From Planctomycetota bacterium (GTDB taxonomy: Bacteria > Planctomycetota > Planctomycetia > Pirellulales > S012-138): a stretch of DNA of 43,505 nt. This document shows positions 1-8,937 of this stretch, in pieces. Each line of letters starts with the position of its first letter. Position 1 is the stretch's first letter. The translations under genes and the position numbers were made by a program. Under the pieces are notes generated by a model that did no database searches, was not told where the DNA came from, and saw only the letters and a program-made list of their open reading frames with translations. Location of the stretch: the NCBI GenBank assembly GCA_024279285.1, contig JAJRRR010000266.1, positions 1 through 43,505 of the forward strand, in the 5' to 3' direction.

Positions 1-438
1 GGGCTGCGTCAAGTGGGAGTGGCCGTGGATCGGGATGCTCGGGCCGCCGGAGAGCCTAAGTACACCTTCAAACGGCTACTCAAGCTCGCCTTTGACGGAC
101 TGTTGGGTTTTTCGCTCAAGCCCCTGCGGGGGGTTGCTCTGCTGGGGATGGTCGTCTTGGGAACAAGCGTTTTGGCCCTCGGAGGGATGTTGCTTATGTG
201 GCTTTTCCGGGGCGATGCTCCAGCGGGGGCGTGGGGATGGCTGGCTTTGCTGGTGTTGGGGCAAAGTGGGTTGCAACTTCTGGCCCTGGGGGTGGTGGGT
301 GAATATGTAGGCCGGATTTATCGGGCCATAAAAAATCGGCCGGTCTTCCTGGTGGACCGGCTCGTGGGTGTGCATCAGCCGCAACCCTGGCCCCAGCACT
401 TGGCCTTTCCACCCACGGAGTTGCGCCAGGCGGCTTAA
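1..438 (+). CDS. Glycosyltransferase family 2 (GtrB/ArnC-like polyprenol-phosphate glycosyltransferase), C-terminal part; 5' end lies outside the window
   Basis: Frame open from base 1 (GLRQVGVAVDRDARAAGEPKY..LAFDGLLGFSLKPLR), two TM helices and the GVVGEYVGRIY..K.RP.F C-terminal signature of this family. Confidence 0.85.
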   Translation, partial: GLRQVGVAVDRDARAAGEPKYTFKRLLKLAFDGLLGFSLKPLRGVALLGMVVLGTSVLALGGMLLMWLFRGDAPAGAWGWLALLVLGQSGLQLLALGVVGEYVGRIYRAIKNRPVFLVDRLVGVHQPQPWPQHLAFPPTELRQAA

Positions 439-704
439 GCCGGAGCCGACGCTGCTTCCTCACTCTCCACTTGGCTTACCCGACGATAGCCCAGCGACTT
501 GATGATCTGAAGCAACTCCTCGTAAGTGACGAACCGTCGGTGGTGCATCAGCTTGTAGCTATCTATGGCCAAGGCCAGCTCTTTAGCTTCTGGAGACAAT
601 TCCCCGTAGCTATTGCCAAACTGACGACGCTCGTAAGGGAGCTTCTCCGACGGTGTGTGCTGACGCCGACGATCCACAAAACCGGGCGAAAAACCTGTAG
701 CCAT
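435..704 (-). CDS. Small conserved planctomycete hypothetical protein (89 aa)
   Basis: ATG at 704 preceded by AGGAGAG; sequence FVDRR..ERRQF..ELALAIDSYKLMHHRRFVTYEELLQIIKSLGY resembles a small planctomycete family; the longer ORF-track start at 857 looks like upstream read-through. Confidence 0.7.
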   Translation of the reverse strand: MATGFSPGFVDRRRQHTPSEKLPYERRQFGNSYGELSPEAKELALAIDSYKLMHHRRFVTYEELLQIIKSLGYRRVSQVESEEAASAPA

Positions 705-905
705 AACCGCTCTCCTGCTGGAACCACCTCCTCGTGCTCCGACTCTCCCATCCCACCTGACACCTGCCCCGTAGAACCCTAGCTCACACACCCCCCGGAG
801 GCAAACTACTTGACCGAAGAACTTTCCGAGAGACCTCCCCGGCAGGCCAGAGAGCAAGTTTTGGGAAAACTTTGCTGCTCGTAAGAGGAGCCAGCAGGGA
901 AAGGC

Positions 906-1529
906 TCATTCGGGTTCTTCTTCGGTCCCAGCAGTTGGGGAGGGGCTGCGGCGCGAGTAATAGGCCAGATAGCTCAAGGCCACCAAGTCATAAAGCCCGT
1001 GGACTACCACCGGCACCAACAGGTTCTCAAAGTAAAAGAACAACCAGCCCAAGTAGATTCCCACTCCCGTGGCCAGCAGAAAATAGAATCGGTTCAAAGC
1101 ATGTGCGGCTCCAAAAGCTGCCGCCGCCACGAGGATAGCTGGCCAGAGCCCCAGGTGCTCCTGAAGCCAGCTTTGCAACACGCCCCGAAATAGGGCCTCC
1201 TCGCCCAATCCAGCAAGTGCCGAAAGCATCAGCAGATCCAGCCAGTTGCCTTGACGCAAAATGGGACCAAGGTGGCGAAGCATAAACTGCACCAGTTCCT
1301 GCACCGGGGGAGGGTTCCACCACCATAGCAGGGCAGCCCCCAGCACCAGCGGCACCGTGGCCCCCACCGACCAGGCCCAAGCCGAGCCGGTGCTCTGGAT
1401 CATGCCCGGGACATCCATGCCCAACACCCAACCAATCCCCCAAGCGGTCAAGGCCATGCCCCCTTCTACCACAGCTCCGGCCACCCGAATCTGCTGACAC
1501 GCCAGACGATCTTCTTCAGCCAAGCTCAC
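906..1529 (-). CDS. CPBP family (CAAX/Abi) intramembrane glutamic endopeptidase
   Basis: EEALFRG, FGAAH and HGLYD motifs within multiple TM segments. Confidence 0.9.
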   Translation of the reverse strand: MSLAEEDRLACQQIRVAGAVVEGGMALTAWGIGWVLGMDVPGMIQSTGSAWAWSVGATVPLVLGAALLWWWNPPPVQELVQFMLRHLGPILRQGNWLDLLMLSALAGLGEEALFRGVLQSWLQEHLGLWPAILVAAAAFGAAHALNRFYFLLATGVGIYLGWLFFYFENLLVPVVVHGLYDLVALSYLAYYSRRSPSPTAGTEEEPE

Positions 1530-1681
1530 GACTGTTCCCCAAGAGCTGCGTCACAAACCCTCCCGCTAGGCGCGATCAGCCCAAAACCACTGCACTTGGA
1601 CAAGCTGGATTGCCATCAACTTAGCACATCTGGAAAGGGCTCGGGTAGCCTAAGCGCTGGGAGAGTGGACAAAAGGAGCAA

Positions 1682-2671
1682 CTATTGGGCCAGAGCCCAT
1701 CCCAGTGCTCCCAAAGCCACAAGCACCAAGGCGACGAAGGCCCCTGCCAGAGTGACTTTCCACCAAGAGATGGGAGCCGTGCCTGTACATCGGCCTGTTT
1801 GACCATTGACCAAAAACCGATACACCCGATCCCGATAGCGATAGGCCATAATCCACACGGGCAACAGCACTGGTCGGCTGCTCATGCCGGTGACCAGGAC
1901 ATTGACATGGACATTTCGGGCCCTGCCGGGAACTAAAGCGGTGCAGGCTTGGTACTCTAGCTGTTCAAGGCTTTGTCGGGCTTGGGGTCGGGCGTGTCTT
2001 CGGGGCAAAGCGAACGGCTCCACCGAGACGGCGGAAAAGTCCACCTTGTTGGGGGGAACGGCTTTCGCAAGGTCAAAAGGACACAAGGCTTGCGTCTCTT
2101 CTTGCGAAAGCGCTCCGCTGGCCCCCACCAGCAGGTTCCGATACTCTCCCTGGTTCTCTCCGGAGATCGGATACCAATCGGCCCGAGCCCCAGCAGGAGT
2201 GCAAGAAGTGTCGGCTGTCCAATAGGTGTGCACCCGAGCTTCAAAGACCCAATAAGGCAGGTAAACTGGCATGATTTTGATAAGCTGGGCCTGTTGGGTA
2301 AGATCCCCCGGTCTCCAGAACCCTTGGGAAAGCCATTTCAACAGGGCCTGTTGGGCCTGGGAGGGGTTGATCTGAAAGGGCACGACCAGCTCTGGGGCCA
2401 GAGTTCGTTGACGGGGTTGTTCCAGCAGCTTCACCGAGCCGCAGAAGGGGCATCTGAGGGCTTGCTCTCGGGCACTGTAGCTCATTGCGGCCCCACAGCT
2501 TTGGCATTCAAATGCCACCAAAGAGGGGGCGGCTGACCGTGTCCGAGGCTCTTGTTTCCCCGGAGCTTCGGTCCCACAGTTGGCGCAGAACAAATCCTCC
2601 TCGTCCAGCAGTGAGCCACAGACCGAGCACCGACTTTGCGTGGCCGATTCAAATTCCACCGGTTCGCTCAT
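1682..2671 (-). CDS. Zinc-ribbon membrane-anchored protein (YdjG-like)
   Basis: Four CxxC pairs (CSVC, CANC, CQSC, CPFC), VVPF..W..GFWRP core, LLPVW..Y..VNGQTG motif and C-terminal TM; start placed at MSEPV (2671). Confidence 0.7.
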   Translation of the reverse strand: MSEPVEFESATQSRCSVCGSLLDEEDLFCANCGTEAPGKQEPRTRSAAPSLVAFECQSCGAAMSYSAREQALRCPFCGSVKLLEQPRQRTLAPELVVPFQINPSQAQQALLKWLSQGFWRPGDLTQQAQLIKIMPVYLPYWVFEARVHTYWTADTSCTPAGARADWYPISGENQGEYRNLLVGASGALSQEETQALCPFDLAKAVPPNKVDFSAVSVEPFALPRRHARPQARQSLEQLEYQACTALVPGRARNVHVNVLVTGMSSRPVLLPVWIMAYRYRDRVYRFLVNGQTGRCTGTAPISWWKVTLAGAFVALVLVALGALGWALAQ

Positions 2672-2829
2672 GCTGATTGCCTTGCTGGCCAGGGGTTGGC
2701 GGAAGTCGGAATACATTCATTATCACCAAAAATCCACCCTGTGCGAAACCTTGGCGTGGCCATGGGGTTTAATGAAACAGAAGGGCTTCAAGGCACAGTG
2801 CCCCTTTGATACCGGAAGGAAAGGCGTTT

Positions 2830-4443
2830 ATGCACCGGTGGCAAGCGTTTTGGACGGCAGCAATTTTGGCACTTGGCTCTCTGACACTGCAAGCAGCTCA
2901 GCCTCCCAATCCGGCTGTGGTTGCCCGCCAAGTGGATCAGCTCCTCCAGGAAGAACTGCCCGAGCTAAGCTCCGTTGCTCAAGGCCGGTGTGATGATGCC
3001 ACTTTTTTGCGCCGGGTGTATTTGGATCTGGTGGGCCGGGCTCCCACGGCGGATGAGATTAGCTGGTTTTTGTTGGACACTTCTCCCGACAAACGGCGGC
3101 AAGTGGTTGCCGAACTGTTGAACAGCCCCGAGTATGGACAACACTGGGCCGGATACTGGCGGGATGTGGTGTTTTATCGGGCCAGTGATCCTCGGGCCAG
3201 AGTGGGCGTGGAGTCGTTTGAACGCTTCATGGCCGAAGCGCTGAACCGCAATGTTTCCTGGGACAAGATCGCCACAGAGATCATTACAGCCACGGGAGAT
3301 GTGCGTCAGCGTGGGGCCACAGGCTTGATCCTGGCCCAAATGGGCGATGCTGAGCTGATCGCAGCCGAAGTGTCGCGGATTTTCTTGGGCATTCAGGTCC
3401 AATGCGCCCAGTGCCACGATCATCCCACCGACCGCTGGCGACGGCAGCAATTCCACGAATTGGCTGCGTTCTTCCCCAGAACCAAAATCCGTCCCATGCG
3501 AACTGCTCAAGGGCGCACCTTTGTGGTCTTTTCGCTGGAGCGACCGGTGCGAGGGCGCCGCCGGCTGCGATGGCGCCTGGAACACTACATGCCTGATCTG
3601 AACAATCCTCAGGCTGAAGGCACTCTGATGCGTCCTAAGTTCTTCCTCACCGGAAGGTCGCTTCCCCCGGGAACTCCAGACTTGGTGCGACGGCGCACGC
3701 TGGCCCAATGGATCACTTCCCCTCGCAATCGGTGGTTTGCCAAAGCGTTTGTCAATCGGATGTGGTATGAGCTGGTAGGCCGAGGATTTTACGAGCCGGT
3801 TGACGACCTGGGTCCGGACCGCAAGCCCGTCGCTCCTCGCACTTTGAATCGTCTTTGCCGAGGGTTCATTGACTCCGGCTATAACATCAAATGGCTGATG
3901 GCAGTCATCTGCACCACGGAGGCTTATCAGCGGGCATTGGGCCCTCAGGATTCAGCCCAACAGGTCGCTTTCGCCTCTGGCACAGCCACCCGGTTGCATG
4001 CGGATCAGGTGTGGCAAGTGCTTCGGGATTTGTTGCAGCCTGTGGCGGGCATTTCTCCGCGCCGGAACACGCCGGCGGGGCGAGCCCGACTGGTGGCCGC
4101 CGCCCGTAGACAATTCCGACAAATCTTTGGATTTGATCCCAGCACCCCTGCCGACGAAGTTCAAGGTTCCATCCCCCAAGCACTGTTTCTGATGAACAAC
4201 CCCTTCTTGCAACGAGTGATGAGTGCTCGCCCGGGGACCATGCTGGGTCAGTTGCTCCGCGAATTTCCCGACAATGAACCCGCTGTCAGAGAGCTTTATC
4301 TGCGAGTGTTGTCCCGAGAACCCAAGCCTTCCGAAATGGAAAAAGCGTTGGCCTACATTCACCAAGTGGGAGATCGGGCCGAGGCGTTTGAGGATCTGCT
4401 TTGGGCCCTGGTCAACTCCACCGAGTTCCTCCATCGCCGGTAG
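2830..4443 (+). CDS. DUF1549/DUF1553 (PSD1-type) planctomycete protein, exported
   Basis: Signal peptide; DDATFLRRVYLDLVGRAPT, FLGIQVQCAQCHDHP, FAKAFVNRMW..GRG..EPVDD, QALFLMN, EDLLWALVNSTEF. Confidence 0.92.
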   Translation: MHRWQAFWTAAILALGSLTLQAAQPPNPAVVARQVDQLLQEELPELSSVAQGRCDDATFLRRVYLDLVGRAPTADEISWFLLDTSPDKRRQVVAELLNSPEYGQHWAGYWRDVVFYRASDPRARVGVESFERFMAEALNRNVSWDKIATEIITATGDVRQRGATGLILAQMGDAELIAAEVSRIFLGIQVQCAQCHDHPTDRWRRQQFHELAAFFPRTKIRPMRTAQGRTFVVFSLERPVRGRRRLRWRLEHYMPDLNNPQAEGTLMRPKFFLTGRSLPPGTPDLVRRRTLAQWITSPRNRWFAKAFVNRMWYELVGRGFYEPVDDLGPDRKPVAPRTLNRLCRGFIDSGYNIKWLMAVICTTEAYQRALGPQDSAQQVAFASGTATRLHADQVWQVLRDLLQPVAGISPRRNTPAGRARLVAAARRQFRQIFGFDPSTPADEVQGSIPQALFLMNNPFLQRVMSARPGTMLGQLLREFPDNEPAVRELYLRVLSREPKPSEMEKALAYIHQVGDRAEAFEDLLWALVNSTEFLHRR

Positions 4444-4485
4444 TTTGCAGGACCTTCCAGCCCGATTGGGGAAGGAGAATCCACA

Positions 4486-5778
4486 ATGGCTTGGCAACTG
4501 ATCGTTCAGGCCCGAGCTCGCAAAGACGGCACTTTCCACCGTCGTCAGTGGCTACGGATGGTGGGCACGGGAGCAGCGTTGAGCCCGATGCTGGGCTGGG
4601 CCGACTTTGTAGCCACTCGGGCCGACGAACTGAAAAAACGCAACAAACAGTGCATCCTGCTTTGGATGCAAGGCGGGCCCAGTCAGTTTGAAACCTGGGA
4701 TCCCAAGCCCCGGCACGCCAACGGTGGCTCCACCAAAGCAATTTCAACCCAAGTGCCCGGGGTGCACATAGCCGAGCATCTGCCCCAGTTGGCCAAACAA
4801 ATGCACCGCTTGGCGGTGATTCGCACGGTCAGCTCGCGCGAGGGGAGTCATCCTCGGGCCACGGCCCTGATGCACACCAGCTACCTGCCCACCCCGACGG
4901 TGAAGTATCCCTCCTTCGGGGCCGTGGTGGCTCAACAGTTGCCCAATCCTGAGTGTGAACTCCCGCCGGTGGTTCAAATCGGACGTCAGGGCACAGTGGC
5001 CGTAGGAGCCGGTTTTTTGGGTATGGAGTATGCCCCGTTCGTGGTTCCTCAGGCCGGCCAGCCCCCTCAAAATTCGCAGATATTGACTTCCGCCAGCCGG
5101 TTTCGTCGCCGATTGGGACTGCTGGAGGAGTTAGAAGAAGAATTTGCAAAAGAAGCTCCCCAACTGGTTCAAACCCATCGCCAGCTTTACCGTAAAACGG
5201 CCCGAATGATCCTCAGCCCGCAAATGGAAGCCTTCGACCTGTCCCAAGAACCTGACTCGGTCCGACGCCAGTACGGTCAAGGCAACTTTGCCAACGGGTG
5301 TCTGCTGGCCCGACGGCTCGTGGAGCGAGGAGTGCCGTTTGTGGAGGTTTCCTTGCCGGGTTGGGACACGCACAGCGACAACTTCCAACGCACCCCGCAG
5401 TTGTGCCGCCAGTTGGACCAGCCTTTTGCGGCTTTGCTGGAAGATCTGGACCGTCGGGGATTGCTGGAGCGGACGCTGGTCATCTGGATGGGCGAGTTTG
5501 GTCGCACGCCGCGGATCAATCCGCGCAGCGGTCGGGACCACTTTCCGCGAGCGTTTTCCGTGGCTCTGGCCGGAGCTGGCATCCGCGGGGGGGTGGTCAT
5601 CGGTCGTACCAGTGCGGATGGAGTCACGATTGAAGATCGCCCGGTGAGCGTGGCCGACCTGTTCCGCACCTTCTGCCGGGCATTGGAAATTGACGCGGAT
5701 CACGAGTACATGACCCCGATTGGGCGCCCCATCAAAATCGTTGATGGCGGCCAAGCCGTGGAGGAATTGTTCGGCTAA
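4486..5778 (+). CDS. DUF1501 domain protein with Tat-like signal
   Basis: HRRQWL signal; ILLWMQGGPSQFETWDPKP, CLLARRLVERGV, GWDTH, GEFGRTP, GRDHF; AAGGAG Shine-Dalgarno. Confidence 0.93.
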   Translation: MAWQLIVQARARKDGTFHRRQWLRMVGTGAALSPMLGWADFVATRADELKKRNKQCILLWMQGGPSQFETWDPKPRHANGGSTKAISTQVPGVHIAEHLPQLAKQMHRLAVIRTVSSREGSHPRATALMHTSYLPTPTVKYPSFGAVVAQQLPNPECELPPVVQIGRQGTVAVGAGFLGMEYAPFVVPQAGQPPQNSQILTSASRFRRRLGLLEELEEEFAKEAPQLVQTHRQLYRKTARMILSPQMEAFDLSQEPDSVRRQYGQGNFANGCLLARRLVERGVPFVEVSLPGWDTHSDNFQRTPQLCRQLDQPFAALLEDLDRRGLLERTLVIWMGEFGRTPRINPRSGRDHFPRAFSVALAGAGIRGGVVIGRTSADGVTIEDRPVSVADLFRTFCRALEIDADHEYMTPIGRPIKIVDGGQAVEELFG

Positions 5779-5802
5779 TCTCCCTGAACGAGAGCGGCCC
5801 TG

Positions 5803-5862
5803 TCCCACCGGGAGCACGCTTCTCCAGGTGTGCCCTCCCGGTGGGATCTGTTTTGGGTTTTG
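5803..5862 (+). terminator. Probable intrinsic terminator of the DUF1549/DUF1501 operon
   Basis: 12-bp inverted repeat TCCCACCGGGAG (5803-5814) / CTCCCGGTGGGA (5835-5846) with inner pairing, followed by TCTGTTTTGGGTTTT, about 25 nt after the stop codon. Confidence 0.7.
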
Positions 5863-6005
5863 AGGCTTGGGTCTTGGGCAGGCCTGCGGCTTGAGCTGGG
5901 GATAGTCGTAGGGGGAAAGCTCGGAGGAGGCAGTGGAGGGATGAGGAAATGAGGCGGTGGGAGAGTACGCAGGAGCGAGGGGGTGGAGGGAATGAGGGAA
6001 GGAGC
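5850..6005. repeat. Degenerate 7-mer then 8-mer periodic low-complexity tract, purine-rich on +
   Basis: GTTTTGG GTTTTGA GGCTTGG GTCTTGG, then GTGGAGGG ATGAGGAA ATGAGGCG GTGGGAGA ... Confidence 0.6.
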
Positions 6006-6010
6006 ACAAC

Positions 6011-6124
6011 GAGCCAACACGCCTTTCCTTCTACCAAGCGGCGAAACAAGAATCCGCGCCAATTTCCGCAAGATGCAACTCGTACACCGCACCCCGCAGG
6101 GCGCAAGTCGCACGCCGCAAGCCG
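6011..6124 (-). repeat. Dispersed heptamer+core element, copy A
   Basis: On -: (NNTGCGN)n array, core GGCGCGGATTCTTGTTTCGCCGC (6060-6038), then AGGCGTGTTGGCTC (6024-6011). Confidence 0.8.
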
Positions 6125-6226
6125 ACTCCCGAAAAAAGGCACTTGGGCAACGGCTAAGACGGTTCCGCAAAGGGGGCAAAGCCGCCAGAATAAGCTGCAC
6201 ACACTCTTGGGCACAAAGGAACCCCC

Positions 6227-7834
6227 ATGGCAAGCTCCGATCAAGAACATCACACAGAATCCCCTGCTACTCGGCTTGTCCGGCTGTTGCGGGAAGCCGA
6301 CACGCCCGAGGCTCCCTTGGGCGACCCGGGAGCCCTGGCTTGGGAGTTAGGCTCGGCAGCGGCTTCCGATCCCTTGCCTGCCCTGGAAGCCTTAGTCCAC
6401 TTTCTTCGCTTGGGCCACCAGCCCCTGTCGCCAAAACAAAAGCACATCATTGAAGCCTTCTTGCAAGCCTTGGCCCAAGTGCGCATGCGTGCAGTACACG
6501 AGCAACGCATTGAGCCTTGGTCCGATCAGGCCGTGGAGTTGTTGGGGTTGTTGTATGGGCTGCTTCGGGATCAGGAAGCTGCGGCTCATTGGGTCCTTAC
6601 CCTTTTGGCCACCGACTCGGGCCAGCGAGCCCTGGGAACCTTTGCCGATCTTGTGGTCACCCAAGGCCCTCAGCATGCCCGAGCTTGCGACTTGGCATTC
6701 ATGCCGCTTTTCCTGCACCACAAATTGGACCACCAGGCACTCTTTCCTCGGCTGTGGGAAGCTCTGGACCGGCCTCACATGGTCGGGTGCATTCTGGATC
6801 TTGCCAATTATCTGTTCCGCAAGCAAATTACGCCGGAGCATGTGGGCCAGATGCGCAAAAAGGGGCTGTTGGAGCTTTATCGGGGATTGATCAACCACCT
6901 GGAAGACTTGCAAACCAACCCTCAAAAGTACGCCTCCGATACCCAAAAACTCCGCCAACTGCTCAACGAGTCGGTGCCTTTGGTTGTGTCGCTGACCGAT
7001 GCGATGGGCTTGTTGGGACTGGAGGACGCCCTGCCGTTGGTGCGTCGGGCAGCGGAGCTGAGCCACCGTCGCGTGCAGGCCGAAGCCGCCGCCGCTCTGG
7101 TCCGACTCGGAGACGAACAAGGCCAACAAATCCTCCAACAACTGCTCCACGAACCTGGGACCCGAAGACGAGCCATCGCCTATCTGAAAGAGTTGGGCCT
7201 GGAACACCTCATTCCCCAGGAGTGTTCCTCCCCGGAAGCTCTGGCCGAAGCAGAACTGGCCGAACATCTGGCTGACCCTCGCCAGGTGGGCATGGCTCCC
7301 ATGCACATGCGCCTGCTTGATCGTCGGCGGCTGGCGTGGCCCGGCTACCACCAACCCGTGGATTGCTACCTGTTTGAATTCCGCTACGAACTCCCTTCGC
7401 GGTCGTTTACTGGGGTGGGGATTGCCGGACCGGTGGTACATAGTTTTCTGGTAGATATGCAAGACTTGTCTCCTCGGGACATCTACGCAGCTTATGCAGG
7501 CTGGAGTGTAGAAGACCCTCACCTGGGCGAAGTGGCCGCTGAGGACTTCACCGATCAACAGGCCCAGCTTGCCCAGCAAGCTCAGCAGGAAATTGCCCAA
7601 CGCGGTTATGAGGAGGTTCGGGTGGTGAAGTTGGGCCAGTTTTACGGCCAGCAGGTACCGGTGGCCGTGGCGCGGCGTGGGGGGCAGTTGGGCGTGGTGG
7701 TTTGGGACGGCAAAGAACTCCTGTGGTTCCCGGCCACGGGAGGAGCCCGGCCCTTGGGCCCGAACGAAGCATGGCACATCTACAAAGGACGCCGCCTGCT
7801 GGACAGCTTCAACGGCCCTCAATGGTGGAGATAG
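6227..7834 (+). CDS. HEAT-repeat-containing conserved hypothetical protein
   Basis: 535-aa ORF with AAGGA SD; helical repeats such as HRRVQAEAAAALVRLGDEQG and RRRAIAYLKELG. Confidence 0.75.
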   Translation: MASSDQEHHTESPATRLVRLLREADTPEAPLGDPGALAWELGSAAASDPLPALEALVHFLRLGHQPLSPKQKHIIEAFLQALAQVRMRAVHEQRIEPWSDQAVELLGLLYGLLRDQEAAAHWVLTLLATDSGQRALGTFADLVVTQGPQHARACDLAFMPLFLHHKLDHQALFPRLWEALDRPHMVGCILDLANYLFRKQITPEHVGQMRKKGLLELYRGLINHLEDLQTNPQKYASDTQKLRQLLNESVPLVVSLTDAMGLLGLEDALPLVRRAAELSHRRVQAEAAAALVRLGDEQGQQILQQLLHEPGTRRRAIAYLKELGLEHLIPQECSSPEALAEAELAEHLADPRQVGMAPMHMRLLDRRRLAWPGYHQPVDCYLFEFRYELPSRSFTGVGIAGPVVHSFLVDMQDLSPRDIYAAYAGWSVEDPHLGEVAAEDFTDQQAQLAQQAQQEIAQRGYEEVRVVKLGQFYGQQVPVAVARRGGQLGVVVWDGKELLWFPATGGARPLGPNEAWHIYKGRRLLDSFNGPQWWR

Positions 7835-7840
7835 AAACGC

Positions 7841-7931
7841 CGCACGACTCGCGCCCTGCGGCTTGCGGCGCGTGGGAACAAGCGCTGATTCTAGGTTCGG
7901 CGCTGGAGGGCAAGTGGAGGCGTGTTTGCTC
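7841..7931 (+). repeat. Dispersed heptamer+core element, copy B (diverged core)
   Basis: CGCACGA CTCGCGC CCTGCGG CTTGCGG, core AGCGCTGATTCTAGGTTCGGCGC (7881-7903), then AGGCGTGTTTGCTC (7918-7931). Confidence 0.7.
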
Positions 7932-7939
7932 AACTCGCT

Positions 7940-7965
7940 CCCGCAACTGAAGCTGCGGGCTCGCC
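7940..7965 (-). repeat. 26-bp REP-like palindrome (GGCGAG foot)
   Basis: On -: GGCGAG CCCGCAGC TTCA GTTGCGGG. Confidence 0.75.
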
Positions 7966-8115
7966 AACGCTCGGCGCGCAGCTGGCGACCTGCGGCGGGA
8001 GCTTCCGCCCCGGTGCTGAAATCACATCTGGTGCGGAAGCACGGTGCATGCACGCGGTCTCATCTTTCTGCTTTGGTGGTGAAGGCCGAGCAGGTCGTCT
8101 TGATCTCTGTGAGTT

Positions 8116-8709
8116 TCACTCCAGCGGCTTGACCATGATGTTGCGATAACGGACCACCGAGCCTGGGTCGTGCTGCTGAAGGGCAATGTAGCCTTCGGTG
8201 TAGGTGTTGTTCTTGTCCACAAAGTCCACCACCACCTGACCGTTGACTTTGATGATGATGTGGTTTCCGCGCACGATCACATGCTGAGTGAACCACTTGT
8301 TGTCTTCCACCAATTGGCGGCGGACATCCACAAATCCGTAGAGGCTTCCGGTTTTGCGAGGATCGCGGTGGGTGTTGTTGACTTGGGCTTCGTATCCTTT
8401 GGGCCAACCGGGACCGAGTTGAGCCCGAAAATACATCCCCGAGTTCCCGCCAGGGTTGATCATCACCTCGGCTTTGAACTCAAAGTCTTTAAACTTGCGT
8501 TTGATGTAGAACAGGTGGCTTCGGGCCCCGCGACCCACGATCGCTCCGTTTTCCACAGTCCAGTTTTCCGGGCGTTCGTAAGCTTTCCATCCGTTGAGTG
8601 TGCGACCGTCAAAGAGACGAATCCAGCCGGGCTCGTCTGCCAGGGCAGTCCACGGAACGCATGCCGCCCAAGCTACCACTACCATCCAACCCAAGCGTGC
8701 AATTTTCAT
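8116..8709 (-). CDS. DUF1080 (3-keto-disaccharide hydrolase/lyase family) secreted protein
   Basis: Signal peptide; GW..LFDG.TLNGW, NSGMYFR, GYEAQ, KTGSLYG, GYIALQQH, YRNI; ATG at 8709 with AAGGAG SD. Confidence 0.92.
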   Translation of the reverse strand: MKIARLGWMVVVAWAACVPWTALADEPGWIRLFDGRTLNGWKAYERPENWTVENGAIVGRGARSHLFYIKRKFKDFEFKAEVMINPGGNSGMYFRAQLGPGWPKGYEAQVNNTHRDPRKTGSLYGFVDVRRQLVEDNKWFTQHVIVRGNHIIIKVNGQVVVDFVDKNNTYTEGYIALQQHDPGSVVRYRNIMVKPLE

Positions 8710-8848
8710 TGTGGCTCTCCTTTTTGGGGAAACGGTGTTCGGGGGTCGTTTGTGGCCATTGTAGTCGGGCTGGCTCGTCGGCACAGCGCCCCCGGGGAGA
8801 TTCTTCTCCAAGGGCCGCATGTGTGCTGTGCTGTCCCTTTGCCCCAGT

Positions 8849-8877
8849 TTGACCTATGTCAAGGCATGTTCTACAGT
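8849..8877 (+). promoter_or_regulatory. Sigma70-like promoter of flp overlapped by a TTGAC-N4-GTCAA palindrome
   Basis: TTGACC (8849-8854) -17 nt- TACAGT (8872-8877); palindrome TTGAC CTAT GTCAA at 8849-8862. Confidence 0.55.
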
Positions 8878-8937
8878 TGCAATGACCGAAGCGCTCCCAG
8901 GCAAGCGTTTCTCCTCCTGAGGCCAAGGAGCACGAGC

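Noticed and set aside
6392-8053. 553-aa minus-strand ORF, and similar long antisense ORFs such as 9924-11324, 13268-14347, 24685-25758 and 29681-30505
   Set aside because: Shadow frames opposite well-supported genes; expected in high-GC DNA and lacking recognisable motifs
8170-8937. N-terminal 256 codons of ORF 8170..9114
   Set aside because: Antisense to the DUF1080 gene; only the final 58 codons (Flp pilin with its own SD) are credible
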